From assembly GCF_001194135.2 (NCBI RefSeq), contig NC_068984.1:15047058-15111057 (forward strand): a stretch of 64,000 nt of DNA, written 5' to 3'. Shown piece by piece: positions 38,771-50,317 of the stretch. The stretch is from Octopus bimaculoides (lineage: Eukaryota). The position numbers were made by a program, and so were the translations under genes. Each line of letters opens with the position of its first letter. Position 1 is the first letter of the stretch. The notes below the pieces were generated by a model, which was given only the letters and a program-made list of their open reading frames with translations, had not been told where the DNA came from and did no database searches.

Positions 38771-39073
38771 CTCTTCAACATAAAGTAACACAGAAATGAA
38801 CAGGGAGAGAAAATAGAAAAGGCTTTAGTGGCTAGCGACCTATCAAGGCGAATCACACACACTCACACACATATATATATATATTTCATTATGCTGAACC
38901 ATTAATTCCTCCACATTTCTTTTCTCTGTTTTTTTTTTTCTCTCTCAATCCTTTTTGCTGAAGAGCATAGGCTCAAAACGTCAAAGACTTTTCTCTTCTT
39001 CCCAAGCATTAAACTAATACACCTGCTTGTTGTTCCTTCACCTGTCTTCATCTTTTATTTTTTTGTAAATTTG

Positions 39074-39111
<38 letters not shown>

Positions 39112-40404
39112 TCTTTAGATAAGAATTGTTGTTTNNNNNNNNNNNNNNNNNNNNNNNNNNNNNNNNNNNNNNNNNNNNNNNNNNNNNNNNNNNNNNNNNN
39201 NNNNNNNNNNNNNNNNNNNNNNNNNNNNNNNNNNNNNNNNNNNNNNNNNNNNNNNNNNNNNNNNNNNNNNNNNNNNNNNNNNNNNNNNNNNNNNNNNNNN
39301 NNNNNNNNNNNNNNNNNNNNNNNNNNNNNNNNNNNNNNNNNNNNNNNNNNNNNNNNNNNNNNNNNNNNNNNNNNNNNNNNNNNNNNNNNNNNNNNNNNNN
39401 NNNNNNNNNNNNNNNNNNNNNNNNNNNNNNNNNNNNNNNNNNNNNNNNNNNNNNNNNNNNNNNNNNNNNNNNNNNNNNNNNNNNNNNNNNNNNNNNNNNN
39501 NNNNNNNNNNNNNNNNNNNNNNNNNNNNNNNNNNNNNNNNNNNNNNNNNNNNNNNNNNNNNNNNNNNNNNNNNNNNNNNNNNNNNNNNNNNNNNNNNNNN
39601 NNNNNNNNNNNNNNNNNNNNNNNNNNNNNNNNNNNNNNNNNNNNNNNNNNNNNNNNNNNNNNNNNNNNNNNNNNNNNNNNNNNNNNNNNNNNNNNNNNNN
39701 NNNNNNNNNNNNNNNNNNNNNNNNNNNNNNNNNNNNNNNNNNNNNNNNNNNNNNNNNNNNNNNNNNNNNNNNNNNNNNNNNNNNNNNNNNNNNNNNNNNN
39801 NNNNNNNNNNNNNNNNNNNNNNNNNNNNNNNNNNNNNNNNNNNNNNNNNNNNNNNNNNNNNNNNNNNNNNNNNNNNNNNNNNNNNNNNNNNNNNNNNNNN
39901 NNNNNNNNNNNNNNNNNNNNNNNNNNNNNNNNTGTGTGTGTGATACATATATATGTATTATCGTTTAATGTCCACATTCCATGCTGGCATGGGCTGAATG
40001 GTTTGACAGGATCTATTTCTGGATCTATTTCTTTATTGCCCACATGGAGCTAAACATGGAGGAGACAAACAGGGACAGACAAAGGGATTAAGTTGATTAC
40101 ATCGACCCCAGTGGGGGTTGACGTTGGCGGAATTTGAACTCAGAATTTAACGGTAGACGAAATACTGCTAAGCATTTCGCCCGATGTGCTAACGATTCTG
40201 CCAGCTCACCGCTCTCCTGGTTTGACAGGATCTGCTGTGTCCAAAGACTGCATCAGGCTCAAGTGTTTGGTTTAGCATGATCTTTACAGCTGGATGCCCT
40301 TCCTAAGGCCAACCACACTTTGCAGCATGGACTGAGTGCTTATTTCGTGCCACCTGTACTATTGAGGTCACCCTGCAGTTCACAAAACTACAATAGACTC
40401 ATTT

Positions 40405-40668
40405 TACTCTTATTTGTTTCAGTCATTTGACTGCGGCTATGCTGGAGCGCCACCTTAAGTCGAACAAACTGACCCCAGGACTTATTCTTTGTAAGCCTAA
40501 TACTTATTCTACCAGTCTCTTTAGCCGAACCACTAAGTTACAGGGACGTAAACACACCAGCATCAGTTGTTAAGTGAAGGTGGGGGGGACAAACACAGAC
40601 ACACAAACACAAACACACACACACACATATCATCATATATATATATATATAAATATATNNNNNNNNNN

Positions 40669-40701
<33 letters not shown>

Positions 40702-40838
40702 ATTTGTATGTGTCAGGCTTCTTTCAGTTTCCATCAATTAAATTCACTCAAAAGGCTTGCCCAAGGTGCCACGCAGTGGGACCGAACCTGGAACCATGTG
40801 GCTGGTAAGCAAGCTACTTACCACACAGCCACTCCTGC
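40405..40838 (-). mobile_element. SINE family B
   Basis: Reverse copy with a 10-N gap in the (TA)n tract. Confidence 0.85.
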
Positions 40839-42405
40839 TCATAATATACTTACAATAACAATCTAAACTTCAAACATAATGTAATTTATGAATAATACTG
40901 CAAGCAGTCACTTTAAATTATTGTCACTACCTCAACTATTTATCACAACTGACATGTATTGATGAGGATGAAAAGAATTTCTTTTACACATAAAATATTA
41001 TGTAGTTATTTATAAAGTTATTTATACATAACACATTGAAAAAAATCTGAAGTTTTTCAAACAAAATTTTTACACAATTTTTGATTGAAAAAATATTAAA
41101 AATAAAGAAAAAATGATAGCTCAGTTATGATATCTTCAGAGATTAGAGTTAGACTCATAAATGTGTTCATGATTCTTAGCTTCAGATAAATCAAAAATAA
41201 AAGGATAATTAGTAATTAAATTTTTTTGAATATTTTTTTTTTTCACCAGTTTCTAATCTGTTTTTGATTTGATTTGTTTTGTTTTTTTTACACTGGATTG
41301 AACTCCCCAATACAGATAATGGAAACAAATTTTAATTTTTAATTAATTAATGATAAATATTAATTGGGTAATGACCAGATTGAACGAAGAGAATCAGACG
41401 TATTTTGTTTCACTTTAGGTGCAGGCATGGCTGTGTGGATAAGGAATCTGCTTGCAACAATGAGAATTTAGGTTTAGCACCTTTGGCAGGTGTCTTCTTC
41501 TATAGCCCCTGGCCAACCAATTGAGATGGAAACTGCCTGAAGCCCTTCACTTTTGTGTATGTGTGCGAGAAAGAGAGAAAGAGAGATATAGTGTGGGTAT
41601 GTGCTCCTGCATGTGCATGCATGCGTGTGTGCACAAGCATCATGTGTGTGTGTGTGTGTGTTTGTGTGCATGCATGTGTATGAATGTTTGAATTCTACAC
41701 TTTCAACGATGTATGAAATAAAAAGACCCCTTATTCCAAAAACAAGTAAGGGTATGTAGTCATTTAACTTTTACTAACATCATCATTTGACGTCCGTTTT
41801 CTATGCTGGCATGGGTTGGATGGTTTGACTGAGGTCTGGAGAGCCAGCGGCTGCACCAGGCACCAATCTGATCTAGCAATGTTTCTACAGTTGGATGCAC
41901 TTCCTAAAGCCAACCACTCCGAGAGTGTAGTGGGTGCTTTTTACATGCCACCAGCACAGGAGCCAGTCAGGCAGGCCTGGCATCGATCACTTCGGATAGT
42001 GCTTTTTACATGCCACCAGCACAGGGGCCAATCAGTGGGTACTGGATTGGGCCACGTTTGGTTGGTGCATTTTACGTGCCACTGGCATGAGAACCAGTCA
42101 GGGAGTACTGAGAGAAGAAAATATAAAATGAACAAACATGTGTGTGTGTGTGTATGTACATGTCTGTCTCAATCTCAATCTCTCTCTCTCCTTCCCTGCC
42201 TCTTGTCTTGTCTTGACTAGAATAACAATAATTTCTAACAGAGGTATAAGACCTGAAAGTAGTGGAAGTAGCTTAGTCAATCCAGTTGGCACTTATTGGA
42301 CCTGGGCAGGATTTGAACTCAGAACATGGAAGTCTGAAAGAAATACAGGAAGATGCCATATGCAAGTGCCAGACACACCAGTGATTCTGCCAAACCACTG
42401 CCCTT

Positions 42406-42470
<65 letters not shown>

Positions 42471-42879
42471 CGACGACAACAATAATTTAAGCGTTGTCAA
42501 AATCTGAGCAAACATCAAATGCTATAAGCAGCAATCAAAAATTCATTAGCAACAACCAAGTCACAAAACCCTGCCATGGTATGACTGTTCAGACTTGATA
42601 AGGAAATCAAAGCAAGTCATGCAAACATTATTATTTAATGTCTGTTTATCAACAGATAACCGGAAAACTGCTTGAATGGAAACTGGACAATGATGGAAAT
42701 GTAATTATTTAGGAATAGAAACAAAACATATTTGGGGCTAAACATAGACATCAGTGGCTTTCACCAGATGACTTATACCCACCTATTCCCAATAGCTAAA
42801 TGACAATACATACATACATGCATGGCAGATACTTGTGTCACGCAACTGGTACCCGTGCTGGTGGCACATAAAAGCACTT

Positions 42880-43352
42880 GTTACACTCTCGAAATTGTTG
42901 GTGTTAGGAAGGACATTCAGCTGTAGAAACCATGCCAAATCAGACTGGAGTCTGGTGTAGCCCCTCAGCTTACTGGCCCTGGTCAAACCATCCAACCCAT
43001 GCCAGCCAGCATGAACAATGGATGCTAAATGATGACCCACTACACTCTCGGAGTGGTTGGCGTTAGGAAGGGCATCCAGCTGTAGAAACTCTGCCAGATC
43101 AGATTGGAGCCTGGTGCAGCCTCCTGGCTTGCCAGTCCTCAGTCAAACCATCCAACCCATGCCAGCATGAACAATGGATGCTAAATGATGACCCACTACA
43201 CTCTCGGAGTGGTGGGCGTTAGGAAGGGCATCCAGCTGTAGAAACTCTGCCAGATCAGATTGGAGCCTGGTGCAGCCATCTGGTTTGCCAGTCCTCAGTC
43301 AAATTGTCCAACCCATGCTAGCATGGAAAGCGGACGTTAAACGATGATGATG
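42880..43352 (+). repeat. Tandem triplication of the ~155-bp 3' half of family C
   Basis: Junction ggatgctaaatgatgacccactacactctcggagtgg repeated near 43021-43055 and 43177-43210. Confidence 0.85.
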
Positions 43353-43743
43353 ATGACGCATATATGCTACTACTACATCATCACCATCATCATTTAACAT
43401 CCATTTTCCATGCTGGCATGGGTTTGATGGTTCAGATGGAACTGATGAGCCAGAGGACTCTGCAAAGCTCCAATATCTGCTTTGGCAATGGTTTCTACAG
43501 CTAGATACCCTTCCCAGTTCCACCGACTAACACAGAAAGTATTAGGTGCTTTTTTTGTAGCACCAGCACTTCTGAGGTTACCAAGTATCCACATAGCAAG
43601 ACCCCTTAACTGAGTGGGTCACAATATTGAGGGATATGAAAGTACAATAAAGGGGCAGGAGCCGATGTCTTGCTGAAAAGGCAATTTAAATCCACGACAC
43701 AATTAAAAATACCACCATCAAGACTGACAAGTTTAGTAAGGTA

Positions 43744-44226
43744 TTAACCCTTTTGTTACCATATTTCTGTTGAGGTGCTCTGTGTTTTTTTCAATTAATT
43801 TTAAATATAATGAAGAATTTAGTAAAACAACTTAGTTACCATTAAGCTAGTGTTAAGAACATAAACTGTGACTAAGGTTTGGTGGAAGATTTTAATTCAG
43901 AACTTTTGAAAACAAGACATTTGTACTACAGAGCCAGAGGTGGTTTCAGCTGGGTTGGTATCAAAAGGGTTAAGAATTGTTTCTCTATTATATTTTTTAA
44001 CCCTTTCATTACCGTATTTATTTTGAGATGCTCTATGTTTCTTTCAATTAATTTTAAATATAACAAAGAATTTAGTAAAACAACTTAGTTACCATTAAGC
44101 TAGTGTTAAGAACATAAACTGTGACTAAGGTTTGGTGGAAGATTTTAATTCAAAACTTTTGAAAACAAGACATCTGTACTACAGAGCCAGAGGTGGTTTC
44201 AGTCGGGTAGGTATCAAAAGGGTTAA
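43744..44226 (-). mobile_element. Two tandem TTAA MITEs with the same 23-bp spacer as the 6-kb array, in opposite orientation
   Basis: Units 43744-43973 and 43997-44226; spacer gaattgtttctctattatatttt (43974-43996). Confidence 0.9.
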
Positions 44227-45194
44227 GTCATCATTCCCTCATCCCAGGCCGCACATTACCGATATCCAACACTCACTTTCTCACATCTCCCCTACCTTCA
44301 CTCCAATCACTGTTTTCTACCATTGTGCTAGTGTTCCCTTCATCGTTCAGCCTGGTTTTCTTCAGTTACCATTCTATCTCCTATTCACCTTTTTAGTTAT
44401 ATTGCCTTATGTGAATAGGGGCTGTACAAAATAACGAAGACTTTTTAATTTTCACTGCCTTATGCTTTGCATGAAGCAAATTCATTAGGGCTGACAGTGA
44501 CAGATAAAAAAAAAAATGCACCCAATACACCCTATAAAGTGGTTAGTGATTGAGCAGAGGTAATATTAGGTTGAGAGGACCTTGTAGTCTTGTCAAAGAT
44601 GTGACAACCTCTCTCATGCTGATGTCATGATAAACTGCACCCAGTACTCCCTAAGCCTGACAAAATCTAGGACAGCCACAGCTAGAGTGTCTTTAACTAT
44701 AACATGATCAGGAGCTGATCTTAAGCTAAGCAATAAAAAACACAAACGCAATAAAGAAAGATATAATATCTGATTTATTAGAGTATATTTTGATAAAGTG
44801 TGTGACAAATCATGTTATTGCCACAAGAAACACATAACTATTTGCCTCAGTCAATTTAGATGAAAATAAGTAAACCTCTCTATAGAAGTAGAGCTTTAAA
44901 TATTTAGATTAGCATTTGGAAAGACATTCTATCATAAGACACTTTATTCTTACAGACACTCTTTGTACAAATATCAGAATTTGCAGATATATTCAAACTG
45001 TAATATCATTAACTGTTTTTAATGGATGAGTTTGTTTGTTTGTTTAAGTAATTAGATAGCTTCTGTCACTTAGGTGACCTAATTAACAGCAGATGAAGAT
45101 GTTCTGAAAATATAGTTCCTAGGATAAGAACTGATCAGAGAAAGTTTAAAGCACTCTTTCTCGCTCTCTCTCTCTTTCCCTCTCTCCCAGCTTA

Positions 45195-45635
45195 AAAGGT
45201 TGACTCAGAGTAAAAGGCTGATTACATGATGCTTGTATACAAACAGTAATGCTACATGAGTAGTGAGACATGGGACCTGAATGCAGTGGGGTATGCAAAG
45301 GAAGAAATGAAGTTAAAATGCTCCATTCACTGTGCAACATCAGTATGTAGATAGGACAAAATACAAATACACTGAAAGAAAAACTGAGCTTAAGAGGAAT
45401 TAGATGTAGTGTGCAAGAGAGAGGCCTCCGTTAGTATAGTCATGTGGTGAATATGGATGGGGACAACTTCATAAAGAAGTGCTGGTCATTTAGAGTGGAT
45501 GGAACTGAAAGGAGACCCAGAGAAATGTGGGATAAAGTAGTGATGAGTGACTCAGGATGCTGAACCTCACAGGAGATGATAAACAACCAAGATGATTGGA
45601 AATTCACTAGGCTTGAGAAAACTTATCCATCATGG
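45195..45635 (+). mobile_element. Decayed RTE LINE 3' end
   Basis: LKEKLSLRGIRCSVQERGLR*YSHVVNMDGDNFIKKCW..RRPREMWDKVV..DDWKF..LEKT; ends catggaaaagc, like the family C tail. Confidence 0.7.
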
Positions 45636-46621
45636 AAAAGCTGAGATACTACAAGCATTATATTTATATCTCTACATACACTGGGCCCTGCCCCTAATCT
45701 ATCCTAGTCAAATCTTCCCCACCTCTTCCTAACATCCATTCCTTCATTACCTTTCTAACTACAGTACTATTCATCTGTTGCCATTATATGAGAGCAGAAT
45801 TTCACACATTTCATCACGTCTTGTGCTACCAGTTATCCCTAGCCCTGGAACCACTTTTTTTAAATCCATCCCTTATTATTATCCCTTCCCACTTATTTTT
45901 CACTGATCACCTTTTCTGTGTTGTTAGCTACTTCTCTGTTTCCACTGAGTTACATCTTAAGACTGCCATATCTGATCCTTAACTTCCTCTCACATCTGTC
46001 AATGACTGCACCATACTTTTGCTCACCACTCACTGCATCCACTCCTATGTACCTCTGACTTCCATCTATGTCACTGTACATCTGTCTCTCTCTAATCACT
46101 ACCATCTTCATCTCTCTTTCCAGCTACTCTCACCCGTTATTTATAAAATGCAGGGCAACCATGTATCTTCTCAAAAGCAAGATATCTATTCCTGTCCTTC
46201 TATCACCTTCGCTTCTCACTACCAAATATAAAATCACCTCTCTCCACTACACCCCCTACTCAACCAAGGGAGCTTCTTTTTGTCTTGAAAATTACTTGGT
46301 GACTTCACAAGTGCTGATTCCACAAATAAAGCACCCAGTACACTCTGTAAAACGTTTGGTTAAGGAAGAGCATTCAGCCATAGAAAGTAGACACTGGGGC
46401 TTGATGCAGCCCCATGGCTCATCAGATCCTCTTAAACTATTTCACCTATTCCAGCATGGAAGATGGACATTAAATGATGATAATAATGATGATAGTGGCG
46501 ATGAGGAGGACAAGGAGAAAGAGGATGAAAAACAAAGACTGAATAAATAAATAAATAAGTAAATAAATATACAAATAAATGAACTGATAAGCACATAAAA
46601 GGGTAAGAAACAGTAACTTAC

Positions 46622-46887
46622 CAATTGTTTGACCTTTCTGTCAAACTGAGCTGTTGGTGAGTCTGAGATTTTGAGCACAACATCACAGCTGTTGATGTAA
46701 AATGTGTCAAAGGTGAGTAACACAAACTGGTATTTGCTTCTTGATGATGCTCCCAATATGAACTGGCAGTCTTTGTCTGAATTTGGACTTTGTGGGGCAG
46801 TGATTTTGCCAACAATTATTGCACATTGATCATCTTCAAGCCATTTGATCCGGATTTTACTACAGTGGATTGGATCATCAAGACCAT
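46622..46887 (-). CDS. Exon 2: N-terminal part of CUB-like domain
   Basis: Acceptor ttttttctttacttcag, donor TTG|gtaagt, 266 nt, phase 1 to 0, open: (Y)GLDDPIHCSKIRIKWLEDDQCAIIVGKITAPQSPNSDKDCQFILGASSRSKYQFVLLTFDTFYINSCDVVLKISDSPTAQFDRKVKQL. The C..C..V.L.F..F.I..C...L.I.D pattern is CUB-like. Confidence 0.9.
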
Positions 46888-46919
46888 CTGAAGTAAAGAA
46901 AAAATGAATGATAACAAGA

Positions 46920-47148
46920 TTAACCCTTTCATTACTGTATTTATTTTGAGATGCTCTTTGTTTCTTTCAACTACTTTAAATATAACAAAGAATTTAGCAA
47001 AAAATAACTTAGTTATTAAGCTAGTGTTAGGAAATGTAAATTGTGATTAAGGTTTGGTGGAAGATTTTAATTCAAAACTTATGAAAACAAGACATTTGTA
47101 TTACAGAGCCAGAGCCGGTTTCAGTGAGGTTGGTAATCAAAGGGTTAA
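46920..47148 (-). mobile_element. Single TTAA MITE (6-kb family)
   Basis: TTAACCCTTT...AAAGGGTTAA; starts about 30 nt upstream of the exon 2 acceptor. Confidence 0.85.
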
Positions 47149-47982
47149 AGATAACAAAATAAGGGATAACAAGATTTGGTATATCAAGATTAGGGATTAA
47201 CAAGGAATAGAAACATTGTATTGATTGCTGGATATGGTGAATAATTGTTAACATCAATCCATTTTCTCTACTCGTTACTCCCAGAAGGGTCATGGAGGTA
47301 AGGTTCTTAGACACCTCCTCCATAGGGTCCGTTCAGAAGCAATCATCATTACATTTTCTGGCTGAATTCCCAAGTGTGACTAATTAAGACTATGAATATT
47401 ATCCAAATGTCTCATTCTTAGTCTATTCCTTTAGCATTCAGATTATTCTATCAAATGTAAAGCTTACATATTCACATCGTTTTAAATTATTTTTAAATCG
47501 TGCATTATTTCATGGTTTTGAGATTTCAATGATGGGATTCTAATTTCAAAATGACACTGTGGGGTAAGTGTGAAAAGTCAGATCTGACCAGTTTGAAAAT
47601 AAAACAGGTGGAATATTTTGTCTGGATATGACCAATTGAAATGCTGAAGGGTTAAAGAAAATAGTCATGAGCCATATTCCAAAGGAATAAGCATCTGAGC
47701 TCTCAAAGAATCAAGTCTGTTTTGATTCTTCAATTTAACTGGAAAAGTATGAATATCAGCTTTTGCATCATGTTATATTCATTTCCTCTCTCTCTCTGAA
47801 GTCAATAATTCTAATTATCTCTTTATTTACAGTGTCAACTAATTACGAATAATCAAGCAGAACATATAAATATTTGGAGTATGGTTATTTATCTGAAGAG
47901 AGAGCAAAGAGAGAGAAGAAATAAAGGTTGACAATTTGTTTGTATTTGAAGGTAAATGAGAATTATTAAGTTTTTCACTTAC

Positions 47983-48055
47983 AGCGTTTGGTTTCACAAG
48001 CTTCACAAAGGAGTATTACCAACACAAACACTAACACCTGGATTTCTTGTCCCAT
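47983..48055 (-). CDS. Exon 1 (coding part): start codon and signal peptide of a CUB-like-domain type I membrane protein
   Basis: Acceptor tttatttattttgcag (AG at 48075-48074), ATG at 48055, MGQEIQVLVFVLVILLCEACETKR, donor T|gtaagt. Ends in phase 1, matching exon 2 (T+AT = Tyr). Confidence 0.85.
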
Positions 48056-49664
48056 GTTTAAGTTTCTTAGCAACTGCAAAATAAATAAATGCAGTAGTGA
48101 ATAAAACACCATAAAAAAAGCAAAAACCAAACAAATAATCAAGCATTCAATACACGTTTCATCAATCAAGCAAAGTTAAACAGATCAATAACTGGCAGCA
48201 TTTTTGCACACTGTAATTTCTCTCACCAACATAGTTATGGCGAACGTCAGAAAATTCAACCATAAAACTTCCAAAACTATACAAATATACAGCAATGTGT
48301 TCATGCTCAAAATAACAATTACCAATAAAATTTGTTCTTTTCTAATTGCTTTTAATTTGAAAACATTATTAGCATTTCCCCCCCCCCCCAATCATTGTCC
48401 TTTTTTGTGTTTTAATATCCACTTTTCCTTACTTGCCAGATGGAGTTTATTGAGACAGATTTTCTACAGTCGAATGCCCATCCTGTCACCAACCCTTACC
48501 TCTTTCCAAGGAAGATCATATTTCTCAATTGTCAGGTATGTTTCCACAGGATATTGGAAATGAATGACACTGCTTGTATGATGGTGACACTCATTTACAC
48601 CTGTTACTCTATATAAAGTCAAGGAGATAAAAACATACACAAACTCACAACACACACATATACATACATACATTCATACAAACAAACAAAAATATCCTGT
48701 TGTTGATGTTGAAATTCCAATGAAGGAACCTTAGATCTATGTTAGAAACCGGATCTTTCTCTATTGGCAAGAAATTTTGAAATAAACTGAATAATGACAT
48801 ACATGTAGCATTGCTGTTCACGCACAGGCATCATACACTCTGCCTTTCACTCTGAGGAAGGGCATCCAGCTGTAGAAACCTTGCAAGATCAGACTGCCAG
48901 TCCTCAATCAAACCATCTGCATAGAAAGCGGATGTTAAATAATGATAAACAGCTAAACTTTCCCCGAATGGTTGAGACTGAATACCTGTGCACGGTTGAC
49001 TTCAAGTTAAGCAACACTACCCCTACCACCTATGAAATCACCTACATTATTAGCTATCTCGTCCATTGTGTCCAACCCATGTAAGAATGAAGAAAAATAA
49101 GGACATAAAACGACAATAATAATGATGATAATGTATTTCATTTCACTGTCTTTACTTAAATAATCTATTTATGGTTAAAATTCCATTGTCACCGTCTTTC
49201 TATAATTTTTCATCTTCTGCTTGTCAGATATTAAAAGAAAAGAAATTGCATTATGCCATAACACATTGTGAGACTTACAACATTATATAATGAGAATATA
49301 ATGCTTTCTATATACCATTTATCACTGAAATATTGGCTTTCTCTGGTTGTCAAAGTCAAAATATTTAGTTTTATAAGCCAAGAGGTGAAGCAGACATTTT
49401 ATACAATATATTCAATAGTGAAAATCAGTTCATACATCTTTCTATTTCATCCCCACCCCAACTGCCATAAATTTTGTGTGGCTGTGTATTTGTACAGTCA
49501 TGGCAGCTATAGTTAAGAAGCTCACTTCTTAACCACATGGTTTTGAGTTCAATCTCACTGCATGGCACCTTGGGCAATGTGTATTCTGCTATACCTGAAG
49601 ACCAACTAAAGTATTTTGAGTGGATTTGGTTGGCAGAAACTAAAAATAGCCTATTACATACATA

Positions 49665-50282
49665 TATAGGTGTGGCTGTGTGGTAAGAAATTTGCCTCCT
49701 AACCACATGTTTTCAGGTTCATTCCCACTGTATGGCATCTTAGGCAAGTGTCTTCTACTTTAGCCTCAGGCCAAGCAAAGCCTTGTGAGTTGATTTGGTA
49801 GATGGAAACTGAAAGAAGCTTGTTGCATGTGTATGTGTGTCTTTGTTCTTGCCCCCACCACTGCTTGACAATTGGTGTTGGTGTTATTTCTTGACTACTA
49901 ACAAGGGGCTACACACAGAGGGGACAAACAAGGACAGACAAATGGATTAAGTCGATTATATTGACCCCAGTGCGTAACTGGTACTTATTTAATCGACCCC
50001 AAAAGGATGAAAGGCAAAGTCGACCTCGGCAGAATTTGAACTCAGAACGAAGCGGCAGACAAAATACCACTAAACATTTCGCCCAGCGTGCTACCGTTTC
50101 TGCCAGCTTGCCGTCTTGGTGTGTTTACATCTCCATAACTTAGCAGTTAAGCAAAAGGGAGTGATAGAATAAGTGCCAGGCTTTAAAAAAAAATAAGTAC
50201 CAGGGTCAATTTGGTTGAGTGAAATTCAAGGCAATGCCCCCCAGTATGGCCACAGTCTATTGACCGAAGCAAGTAAAAGATA
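49665..50282 (+). mobile_element. SINE family B interrupted by an antisense family A copy (49885-50115)
   Basis: 7-bp TSD ttggtgt at 49878-49884 and 50116-50122. Confidence 0.85.
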
Positions 50283-50283
50283 G

Positions 50284-50317
<34 letters not shown>

